A stretch of 63,162 nucleotides of DNA from Trichosphaerium sp. ATCC 40318 (lineage: Eukaryota; Protista; Tubulinea): positions 1 through 63,162 of the forward strand of contig JALMLS010000141.1 in assembly GCA_038496445.1 (NCBI GenBank), read 5' to 3'. Positions 1-11,042 of the stretch are shown here, piece after piece. The notes under the pieces are model-generated. The model had not been told where the DNA came from, did not search any database, and was given only the letters and a program-made list of their open reading frames with translations. Position 1 is the stretch's first letter, and each line of letters begins with the position of its first letter. The translations under genes and the position numbers were made by a program.

Positions 1-933
1 GCCATATAACAAAGATATATGGCATCAAGAGGTACCATGGAGGCAAAGCTGTTTTTGGCAAAAATGGCATTTTTTTTGGTTTTTTTTACCATAAAGTATG
101 ATTGTAGGTAGCTTCATCAAGATCATCTTACGTATATATAGTAAATTATAAGATGATGCCATGATGGTTGGTAATAGGAAACGAAGAATCACACACCATA
201 GATAATAATATATGGGGGCCTGGTGCATCAACGAACGATGTCATCATTTTTGCCCAAAAAGAGCATGAACTCAAAATGCTTCTAAGCCTTCAAATCCAAC
301 CATCATTTTTGTTTTTATATAGGCTTATATAAAGTATATTAAGATGGCATAACAATTAAAGTAAATATTCAGGGGGTATGGTGAATGACACTAAAAATGA
401 AAAAATGGAGAAAATGTCTACATTTTCCTGATTTTGGATCGCATATATGCCACCCCACCAAATAAACTGTATACTTCTTATTATTACTATGTCAAGTACT
501 ATATATCATCAGTCGCCATTGATCCATCATGTTGTTGGCCATGACCATTTTCGAAAACATATGCTATAAAAGGTAAAACATATAAATGTATTAATAACTA
601 TTCATGATGGATAGGTATGATAAAATAGATAAATGCATTGGATTTCTTGAGCAAAATGGCATACATGTATATGCATAAGTGTACTATAGGTGATCATGTA
701 ACTGCGGCCTCCAAGCAAAGATGTGTTCAATTTTTTGCTAAAAAAATCCCATTGGAAAAATCAAAAAAAATCCAAAAATTAAAGAATGGCTCACCAAATC
801 GACATATACTGCTATAAAATCCTACAAACCACCAGTGATCGGGTAATTTATGCCAATGTATAAGGTACAAAAAACGAAATTGGCTTAAGTGATATGATAA
901 GGTATGTGATAATGCATGGTTCAAATTAAATCT

Positions 934-1113
934 CTAACCCCTAATTGGCTCTTAGGGTATAACCCTAATCGGTATTAGTGCTAACTAGGGTTAGGGTTAG
1001 CATGCTATCTAGTATTAGGGCTAGGGTTAGGTTTACAACCCTAATGGTTAATTTAACTTTGTTGCTTTCTAGGGTTAGGGTTAGGTTTGGAACCCTAAGT
1101 AAAATTAGGGTTA
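934..1113. repeat. Cluster of degenerate telomere-type repeats (TTAGGG and CCCTAA, mixed orientation)
   Basis: TAGGGTTAGGGTTAG at ~986-1000 and ~1070-1084, TTAGGGCTAGGGTTAGG at ~1015-1031, AACCCTAA at 961, 1037 and 1091, TTAGGGTTA at ~1105; lies in an AT-rich non-coding block. Confidence 0.75.
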
Positions 1114-1395
1114 TAGTAATTGGGTTTAAAATTAAAGAGTATTTTACATACTAATACCAGTAAGTAGAACATTATCATTATGGTGGAGATATGTCAATTT
1201 TTACACAACTTTAAATTATTTTGTGGATTTTTTAATGATATTTGTTTTGATTTATTTAAGGTTAATTTTTTTAGGTATTTTTACCTTATCCATTTATTTT
1301 ACACAATATTATCTTTTCTTTTGGGTATTTATTACTTTTTATTATAAAGTTATTTAACATTACAGCATTTGTATCATTGACAGTGACTAAGTCAC

Positions 1396-3073
1396 CTATG
1401 TTAAAACAAGGCATAAAATTACAACCACAAGCTGCATTATAGGAACACTGCATGAACTACCCACTACAGAAGTACGATCCCAATCTACATACATCAGAAA
1501 CAATTTAGCAATGTTGAGGTTACATACAAATAATATCATCTGCTATCCAGTGCGCTGGATCATTTGAGTACTTGGTTATATCTACGTTTCATTAGCAGGT
1601 CGCATGTTGGATACACTACCTCTTTTTAACAATTTTCCTTGACCATTTGACTCACTTGGCCAAGGCTCTGCAATACCATATTTAACACGATCCACCTAGT
1701 ATAGTTTTCAACTAACAAACTTTTAACAAAATAGTACTTACTACATAGTACGGAACAAAACCAGAAGACTCTGGGTTACCTGGTCGGCTCAAAATAAGCT
1801 CTTCACCTATTGACAAAAGTTAGGAAACATGTATACACGATGTAGACAAGCCTTCATTGGACAGTGAGCCATCCATAGCAAGTAACCTCCAGGTGTCAGG
1901 AATTAGATACCGCAATCTGAATGATTTTAAGTTTATGTTTGTAAGTATTATGCTTTCATTTGCTTGCATAATCAACCCAGAGGCATTGAATGTTACTCCA
2001 TCTATAAATTAATATATAAGCGCATGTACTACTAGGAAAACACATACTGAGCTGCCAAAGGTTGTCAGGAAAAACTGGATCATACAATTCAACAGGAAAT
2101 TCAGAAATGTTGGTAAGCTCTAAGAACTCTGCCTCACCCAAAGGATCACGTGGATTGTAGTTGATACGTGATATTACAATAGGGCCTACCTATGAAATTG
2201 CATTAGATACAAAAACACAGGTTTACAACACAAATACCAGTGGCCCAGAGTTCCTTGCTTGCAATGTCATTGTTTTTTGGAACGGATACTGAATTTCACC
2301 TGTGCTTGTAATGTACCGTCCAAAAGTAACGCCATTAGGTGCAGCCTCACTCCTGAAACCATTGCCAGTCTGCTACACAACCTTTAGCACAATCGCCAAA
2401 ATATTTAACGTACCAAAGTTGGATCGTAAATAAGACCCCATTCTCCACCCAATTCAGTATAAGCAATATCCATTTCTCGACCTGGAGGTACAGAAATACC
2501 TTTTTCTGTTTTACCAGCAAATACTATGTATTCTCCAGGCTCCAATGACACTAAAAACAAAGCGCATTAATTTCTATAGGTATATGTCACGTTTCTTTTT
2601 GCGACTATTTTCCGCGTTAGTGCGTAGTACGCGTATCGCATTTCTTTTTACGCTTGTGGATGGTGTACTTTTTTGCGCACCGCAAAATAAATCGTACCGT
2701 CGTCTATTTCATACGCTGTTCTTCCAATAGCAGATCTGTCCCAGAACGCTGGTGACGGTACTTCCACTTCTGAGATTATCCAACCAAGTAGGCTAATTGT
2801 ACGATTGCTGTTGTTGTAAAGCTCTATGTAATCGTAATTTGGCGCATCAGTATGCGTACTAAGCTATGTAGATCGTTACAGGATAGGGAGTCAAAAAATA
2901 AACTACCTCAGAGACCAAAATGTCTGTTTGGGTGCTTATTGTTGTAGTCCTACTCCAAAATTACGACACAACGACTTTAATTACAACGTATGATGAAAAA
3001 AAACCACGTACGCAAGCGCCACAGTTACGAAGGTGACAGCCGACAATACTATAAGAAGTGATTCGATTGCCAT
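1396..3073 (-). CDS. Secreted, probably GPI-anchored protein with tandem lamin-tail (LTD) domains of bacterial type (multi-exon)
   Basis: Manual splicing gives signal peptide MAIESLLIVLSAVTFVTVALA; LTD1 ILVSE-LSTHTDAPNYDYIELYNNSNRTISLLGWIIS; linker NGVTFGRY; LTD2 VGPIVISRINYNPRDPLGEAEFLELTNISEFPVELYD...GSLSNEGEELILSRP...VDRVKYGIAEPWPSESNGQG...YSNDPAHW; hydrophobic C-tail IMQLVVVILCLVLT*. Confidence 0.75.
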
Positions 3074-3341
3074 CACTCGGAACTACGAGGTCGAATGTGT
3101 CGTTATTCTTTTTTTTTGTTGTTTGTTTGAAAATTGTAGACTTATTGACAAATGAAGTTTGATAAATTGTATTGTTACAACATGACATGTCATTTGATGG
3201 TTGCACAAAATTGACAGTCAGCGTAATAATAAGCCGCTAGTATTATTTTTTTTTGTACAAATAGATTGGAAACAACGGTTTTACTTGTACTTTTACAACT
3301 ATGATACAGTCCCCATCGTCATGAGTCAGATTTTTTTTTTT

Positions 3342-4567
3342 TTAGTATAATGCATTGCGCCTATCATCATCTCCACGCGGTTTACTAATTTTTTCGAGAT
3401 TTTTAGTGATTCTGTCAAGTACTATTGCGTAGTTATTTCGCAAATCTTTGAACGCAAATCTAATATCAATATACTCCTTCTCATCCAACTCATTGATACA
3501 CTGTCTGTAATCCTCAACGCCAGGATATTTGAGAAGCTATGGGTAGATTTTTAGACTCATGTGATGAGGTTAAATAAAATTCAAGCTAAAAATACCTTAG
3601 TTACAAACTTTGCACGTGTCAAGAAGTATTTTGTTATACTATCTAATGAAGTGAACGCGTCATCCTCAGCGCGACCAAGGTCATTAAGAGCCTCTTCCTA
3701 AATAGCCGATCATCAGCAGGGAGAACTACAAAGGGGGGTGATAATCCATACCTGAATACCAACACCAAAGTTGTTGCCATCCTCAATACGAGGGATGTTC
3801 AGGGTAATCCAAGTCTTAATTGCGTTCGAGTTATCGATGTATTGTTGCAACTCCTTCTTTAGCACAACTAAAAGTTGGACAATAATCTACAAAGAAAAAA
3901 AAAAAGAGTTAGACACAAGGCGCCAACGTGAGTACTCTTAATTTTTGTTTTTTGTTTGTTTTTCCAAATTTTCAATAAGTAAAATATAAAAGTGACAAAC
4001 CAAAAACTTTTTATGTGTATCACTTACGCCGTTAGACGGTACGCTAGCAGCGGATCGTGGGGCTGATGTCTCCTTAGCCATCTATATAGAAAATTAAGTC
4101 AAAAACGTCACAAGTCAGGCACATTTGGTCGTAGCAACCACGTACGTCGTCCAATTTACGTTTTTTGCGTGGGTTAGTGTCCATAGCGTCGCTCGAGCCT
4201 CCCTTTACGTCTAAGTCGCCCAGAGTGCAACGAACTTCTCTAAATGGCTTTTGAAGCAATGGTTCGCTCTGTACAGAATATAAAAACGCAAGGATTGGTA
4301 TTATAGACGCTAAAAGCGATCTCCTATATGCCCAAAGTACCTCAATGTATTTGCTAAGCTGCTCTAATTTTTGTGGGAGTACTTCTTGAATGGTTCGTGT
4401 GGCGTTAGTGCCCTTACTTGCCTTATAATCTCCAAGTACATCCTTTTTCTTGTTTGATCTACAGAATATTTGTTAAAACAACCACTAAACAACCCAGTTT
4501 TTGAATAATATAATGTTTTAGCAGCGACTCTGTAGGATGAAATTTGCTCTGGAGCGTACTTTTGCAT
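3342..4567 (-). CDS. PSME3: Proteasome activator PA28/REG (PSME3-like), multi-exon; 5' end uncertain
   Basis: Exons encode IKTWITLNIPRIEDGNNFGVGIQ-EE...YFLTRAKFVTK-LLKYPGVEDYR...LRNNYAIVLDRITKNLEKISKPRG...LY*, the PA28 activation-loop and C-terminal signature. Confidence 0.9.
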
Positions 4568-4943
4568 CGTTTTCTTTACTACGAATGCTCTTTGCCTCTA
4601 AAATTGAACGTCAAAATTTTCAGCGCGGGAAACTTGTGGACCTGATTACCGTCCAAGCCGAAGCAAAAAGTGTAGCGCCCCCGTCACATCCGTACTACCA
4701 CGCAGCTACTTTTGACGTGTACATTGCCTTGCAGCGTAACTGCGGCTTGCTATAGCCAAGTTTATTGATCCTCTGCCCAGTAGTACTTCTAATGCGATAA
4801 AAAAAACTTTGCACAAAGATTAACGGTCTATTCACGACAATTTAACAGTAGGCGCCTTGTAACGCGTAGGTGCGAGCTGTGGTAGTTTCTCGTTGGGTGT
4901 TGAACAAGAAGGAGTAAATTAGACTAATTTCAACAGAGTAAGT

Positions 4944-7325
4944 TTATTCGATAGCAGCGCACATATGAATCATATTTGATAACACAGACTTGCGTGTAGC
5001 GTTTTTTTCTTTCTTGAGGCTCTTAGAGAGTGACACCTTTTTTGATTTAATTGTTTTTGTTTGTTGCGTCATTGTTACTTGCAATTTGTTTGACTTGGCT
5101 TTCCAGAATATACGTAGTTGCTCTTTCAACCTATAAAAACAATGTGACATTAACACATGTAGCTGGCCTATGTCTTTAACGAACCACAAAAGTTCCTTCT
5201 TTAGGTCTTGCACAGAATCAGCTTCATCTGACTCAGTAGCAGGCTGGCGCACTTCAAATCTGGTGTTTATGGTTATTGCTGCTTTGTTAGCACTTTTAAT
5301 AGGCACCAATACCTATAATAGGAAGTTAGTTGTTATAGATATTTAAAAGCAACTTACATCCTTTAGTGCCGGTGTGTACTCCTTCAAGGATTGTTGACAA
5401 GACTTCCAGTCATCCTGCCATTCCTAGAATCGAGGTTAGAAGCTCAAATTTGTATTTGCGTGCGTCGTCATCTATATTATCGTATAGCGCATGGACAAGG
5501 CCGTGAGGTACAATAACAGCTTCTTCTTGCTCAACGCTCACATCTTCACTATCTTCGTCACGTGCAATGGCTTGTAAATCCGGGTAGTCAGTAGGTCTGC
5601 TTGCAACAGGTTCGTCTTTGACTTCTATCAATACTGGTTGTTTGCTGTCATTATCTTCTTCTTCTTGTTTGGCCTCTTTCTTTGGTGAATCTGTAAAGTA
5701 TCCTGTGGATTTGGTAACAAAGGCCCCTTCACCACTCCTAGTTTCAACTAGTTAGCTCAGATCATAGATAACGCATACACTTCATCAGCTAAGTTCAAAC
5801 TGGCAATAACGTTTGTACTGTGTCTGTTATAAAATCTTATGGAGCCTGGCCTCGCAACTTGCTGGTACTTCTCCTTAACTCGCTCAATATCCAACATGCT
5901 CAAGTCCTGCGGGTAAAAACAATTTAGCGAGCTGCAATTATTTGTGTTATATTTTATGGTGGCTCACGTGCTCAGGTTTTACATCTTCGTCATCATCGTC
6001 TTCGACCATCTCTTCTTTTCCTTTATCTTTTACTAGCTTGGGTTTCCCCTGAGCAAGTTTTCTTTTTTTTGAAGCTTTGTGTTCCTCCTCTTCCCGTTTT
6101 CGCTTTCGCTTGAACAGCCCTTGAATAATGTCCTGCCAAAATACATCGTCTGATATCTATCCCAAATGCATAAGCACTAAACTTGTTTTGCAATGAGCAA
6201 CCTTATCTGGGACAGTTTCTTTGTAAGCAGATTTTATACGTGGATATTTTACAAAAATCAATCTCTTCACATCAGGTGTCAACTTGAGTTGCAATTTTCC
6301 ATTTACAACATTGCCGCCCTTAGAAAATCAATACAAAAAGATACTGCTGTAAGTGCTACATACCGAAAACAACTTGTCCTCAAGTGAGGCCAACTGCACA
6401 GAATCTGGTACTTGCTGTCTAAACGTATCCAATTGCTCCAGCATGTCATTTCTCGAATTCCAAAACTCGCTCTTACTTATAACTCTGTCTCCAACTAATG
6501 TATCATACTCCGATTTGAGCTCTAACCAACAATACTCAACATGTGCACAAATAATAACCCAAAGCTAGTATTTACCTGCGTTGCTTTCAAGTAACTCCTC
6601 CTCATCATCCTCAGGCTTTAGCAGCGTGTCCCCGCGTAATTGTAGACGAAATATAGCGACACCTAATTATCAACAACCGAAGTAGTACGCTATGTACGTA
6701 CTTCGCTCTGCCTCGTCTCCAACACAATTAAACAGAATGAACTTGCCATCTTTTATAGTGACCATTTTGACAGTTGACGATTCGCCACTACCAGGTTTGG
6801 AAAGTAGTACTGTGAAATTCGCAACCAATTAGGAATATTTCTGTAAACAACGTGCGAAATTTTGTTTTTGACACGTACTCTGAGTATTGGGTCGAAGAGT
6901 TTGCATCCGAATTTTGTCGCCTGTCATAAACGCTACACGCCTGTTCGTAACCACCAGAGAGCCTGCACACAGTCTTAAGTGGAGCTACTCAGTGCTCGTG
7001 TCCATAGTGACGCACCTTCTTTTTGCTTTACAGTACATTTGACATGTAATTCAACTATTTCTCCATCAAGTAAATCCAAACGAGGCTTGTTGGTGTCTTT
7101 TTGATGTAATACAGTAGCCTACAGTCTGCTTGAGTAATAAAATCAAGTAGTTATTAGTATACTTCTCTTCCTGCCCAAAACTCTTTTTCGGTTATGACCT
7201 GCGACAGTACGAGCTGTGAGTATTGTTCTTGCAACGCTACAGTTTTTCTACAATTTAGTACCACAATGTACACGTCCTGTACCTGGATCTGAGTGCAAGA
7301 TGGCCTCTTTCGTAGCGTCGTCCAT
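4944..7325 (-). CDS. GTF2H1: TFIIH p62/Tfb1-like protein (BSD, PH-like, BSD, BSD)
   Basis: BSD-like segments LQEQYSQLVLSQVITEKEFWAGRE, ELKSEYDTLVGDRVISKSEFWNSR and LTPDVKRLIFVKYPRIKSAYKETVPDKISDDVFW; PH-like GSLVVTNRRVAF; IRFYNRHSTNVI; C-terminal EQLRIFW. Confidence 0.65.
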
Positions 7326-7494
7326 TTATTTACATCAAGGGAGTAATGCCAACAATTTTGACGCTTTAGAAAGGTTGTCACTTTTTTTTTTTTTTGGTGA
7401 ATTGTTTTGAAAAGTCGCTAGGACATATTTTAGCTCAGATGATTTTAAACGACGCTAGCATTTGGATTGCTTTTTCTTCTCCGTACTAGCCGCC

Positions 7495-10211
7495 ATGTCT
7501 AACCGTCGCGCGCAATTCATGGAGGTATGATTTCAACTCGTGTATTTTAATGTTTTGTTTATTAGATTACCAACGAAAAGTGTTTTTCACCCCACCACTC
7601 AGTCGGCGACGTAAATACTGACACAACATAGGTCAAAGACAAAACGGCTAGTAAGCTACAGATTACGGCTGAACAGCTGCTTAGAGAGGCTTGGGAACGT
7701 CAAGAGCCTGAACCAGAGCGCCCAAAGCAAACAATAGCCGATGAGGACGAGTTAAAAGAATATGGCATTTCCAAGCGCAGAGAGTTTGAAGACAAGCTTA
7801 GGCTCAATCAATTTGGTATGGCCACTTGGATTAAATACGCTGTTTGGGAAGCAGAACAAGGGTACGCAAATAATTCGTTTAGAACTCTGAGAAAATGGCT
7901 CGCTATACGCGCCTATCGCTATTGTACCCGCTGTGCATCTACTTACGCTTATGTCAGCATGTTTGATCGCTCACGCTCTGTTTTCGAGCGTGCTCTGAAA
8001 ATAGAGTACCAACACATTCCTCTGTGGTTGAGATACGCTGAAATGGAAATGAAAAATAAAAAGGTTAATCACGCAAGAAATGTATGGGATCGGTACGCTG
8101 ACAGATGAAAAATTTAACTTGACATTTGACGTTTTCCTTATTTTATTTCCCCGTTGCTAAAACAATTTCAGTGCCATTACATACCTACCACGTGTGAATC
8201 AGTTTTGGTTAAAATACATTCTCATGGAAGACACCCTCGGAAATTACGCTGGAGTGAGGAAGATATATGAGCGTTGGATGGAATGGGAGCCAGATAAGGT
8301 AATTTTTTTGTTAGCCATTTTTCGAATTTATTTTTCACGACGTTGGAGACATGTATTAAGTTCGATCCGTAGTTTGCATGGCACGCCTACATAAAATTCG
8401 AACAACGTAATGGTGAACTTTCACGTGTGCGTGGTATATACGAACGATACGTTTTGTGCCATCAGTCTGTCTACGCGTTCTTACGATGGGCAAAATGGGA
8501 AGAAAAACAAGGAAACCTTGCAAACGCTAGAGAGGCATTCGAGAGTGCACAAAAATACTTAGGTAAATATTGACGTTGTTTTTTTTTTGTTGTTGTTTGG
8601 TTACTATGCTAGCAGGCTAACAAGTTTACCAGATGAGGAAGCAAATGACCCAGATTTATTCATTGCCTTTGCAGAATTCGAAGAGCGATGCAGAGAGTAT
8701 GACCGTGCTCGCGCAATTTACAAATACGCACTTGATCACGTGCCAAAAGAAGATGCTGAAAAACTTTTCAAAAAATTCGTAAAATTCGAAAAGCAATATG
8801 GTTCTCGTGAAGGTATCGAAGAGGTTATAATGGGAAAGAGAAGGTTTCAATATGAACACGAACTAGCAGAGAATCCTAAGAACTATGACGTGTGGTTTGA
8901 TTACGCACGGTAAGTGTATTTATCAACAACGACGCTCCTGTGAAGCGATCCTGATTCTATTTTTTTCAACGCTTACATAACTATAGACTTGAAGAGGCTT
9001 CCAGCGATCATGACACAGTCCGTGAGGTTTATGAACGTGCTATTGCAAATGTCCCTCCTGGCAGAGAAAAACGCCATTGGAGGCGCTATATCTTTTTGTG
9101 GATAAACTATGCCCTCTTTGAAGAACTTGAAGCCAAGGTAACAACCCAAAAAAAGACTAACAAATCTCCATTTGCTGACTTTAAAAAATAGGAGACTGAA
9201 CGCGCAAGAGCAGTTTACCGTGCATGTATTAATCTCATTCCACACAAGCAATTTTCGTTCTCCAAGATTTGGGTTTTATTCGCCAATTTTGAGGTCAGGC
9301 AACGTGATCTAACAGCAGCCAGGTGCGTATCTATTTCTTTGCTTTTCACAAAAAAGTTTTTGTTTCGCCTTTTTGCTATTATTTTGACTTTCTATAGATC
9401 TATTCTTGGCCACGCAATTGGTATGGCACCATCACAGAAGATATTCCAGACATACGTCGAGCTCGAGCTTCAACTTGGTAATGTTGAGAGAAGTCGTACA
9501 ATATACGAGAAGTATATTGAATGGATGCCAGAAAACTGCAAGGCCTGGAGTGCTTTTGCTAAACTTGAAATAGAGCTAGGCGAAATGGAGCGCGCCAGAG
9601 CCATTTATAGACTGGCTATTGAACAACCGGCCTTGGATATGCCAGAGCTTGTATGGCGTAACTCTATTGACTTTGAGATATCGCAAGGAGAAAACGAGAG
9701 TGCCAGAAGGTTGTACAGAGCGTTGTTAGACCGTACCAAACATGTTCGCGTTTGGTTGAGCTTTGCCAAGTTCGAGCTTGCAATTGGCAACAATGAAGCC
9801 AGTAGAAGCGTTTATAAAGAAGCCTTCAAACAGCTTAAAGATGTACCAGACCAAGAAGAGCGTGTCTTACTTTGGGACAACTGGCGCGAGTTTGAGCATG
9901 ATTATGGTGATGAAGAAACAAAGGTGCGTTATCAAATTGAGTATTCACTCTTTTGTTTGTATTAATACTACTTTGATGATGGATTATTAACTTTTTTGTA
10001 GAAAGAAGTGGAGGACATGCATCCAAAACGTATCATCAAGAAGCGTCCAGTATTCACAGAAGATGGCGAACCTGCTGGCGAAGAAGAATACCCAGACTAT
10101 GTCTTTCCTGATCAAGTCAAAGCCAAACCAACCCTCAAAATTCTCGAAATGGCTAAAAAATGGAAACAAAAGCAAAATGCTGAAAAGCCAGTTGATGCAA
10201 TGGAAGAATAG
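7495..10211 (+). CDS. CRNKL1: Crooked neck / SYF3 / CLF1 HAT-repeat splicing factor (multi-exon)
   Basis: [93 protein letters not shown]. Confidence 0.96.
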
Positions 10212-10692
10212 AGTATTAAAGTGTATTGATACTTTTGTTGTGCTAAATAAAATACAAAAAAAGCATATTGTAACCACGTGTCTGGGATTTAGCACCCGTT
10301 TGTTCACTTTGTGACGAAACAAAATACTTATAATTGCAAAAGGTTCGAGGTTTGACTGGTGGATTGCCATGGTGGGTGATGCCAATTCGTTTTGTAGATA
10401 GTATGTTGTGTAGCGTTGGTTGTAACCATTTTGAAATTGCCAAGCATTGATTGATAAACAATCACATGTAGGAAGGAAAAGAAAACTGATGACAACCATT
10501 ATTGGATGTGGAATCTACGAGCAAAGTATCTCACTCATATGGATTGTACAAAGTAGCACTCCAAACGTTTTCAAAACTAATAACATCATCGCAGCTGCCA
10601 AAAAAGTGGTGATCGCGTCACATTGTTATCAATTAATGCCTTACCGTTGCTTTGATTTCAAAGCTCCGACAGGTATGTAACGAAGAAATTTA

Positions 10693-10818
10693 AACGAACC
10701 CAGATCGGGAATCTTACCACTAGACCACTGGGAATTGCTTCCACTGGTGGGAATCGAACCCACGTCTCCAGAAAATTTAAGTTGCGATAACACGTTGACT
10801 ACCTTGCACCACTGGTAG
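10693..10818 (-). pseudogene. tRNA-like remnants: one unit with an intact T-arm/B-box followed by a unit with a D-arm/A-box
   Basis: Minus strand GTGGGTTCGATTCCCAC (perfect T-arm) followed by CCCAGTGGTCTAGTGGTAAGATT (A-box/D-arm) and a second GGGTTCG; acceptor and anticodon stems do not pair cleanly. Confidence 0.5.
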
Positions 10819-11042
10819 AGAATACAATATTTACCAATGAAGGACTATCACAATTGAGCAACCTTCTTAACCAAGGTTGGTGACTGCCACTGGTTAAGGG
10901 TTAGACTACTACACAAAAAAAACTTAAAAATACTTAAACAACACTTTGGTGGCGTATCAAGTAAAGTGTCACAGACTTTGTAGACGTAGGTGTTTTGCAA
11001 AGTTTATGGAAATGTTACAGTAACTTATGACTTGAAGTGATA

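Noticed and set aside
1-930. Short ORFs 25-231 and 727-924
   Set aside because: Low-complexity AT-rich translations with no motif or splice support
934-1113. True chromosome telomere
   Set aside because: Repeats are short, degenerate, in both orientations and ~0.9 kb inside the window
10243-10680. Small gene or snRNA downstream of crooked neck
   Set aside because: Possible splice signals but no coherent ORF or recognisable snRNA motif
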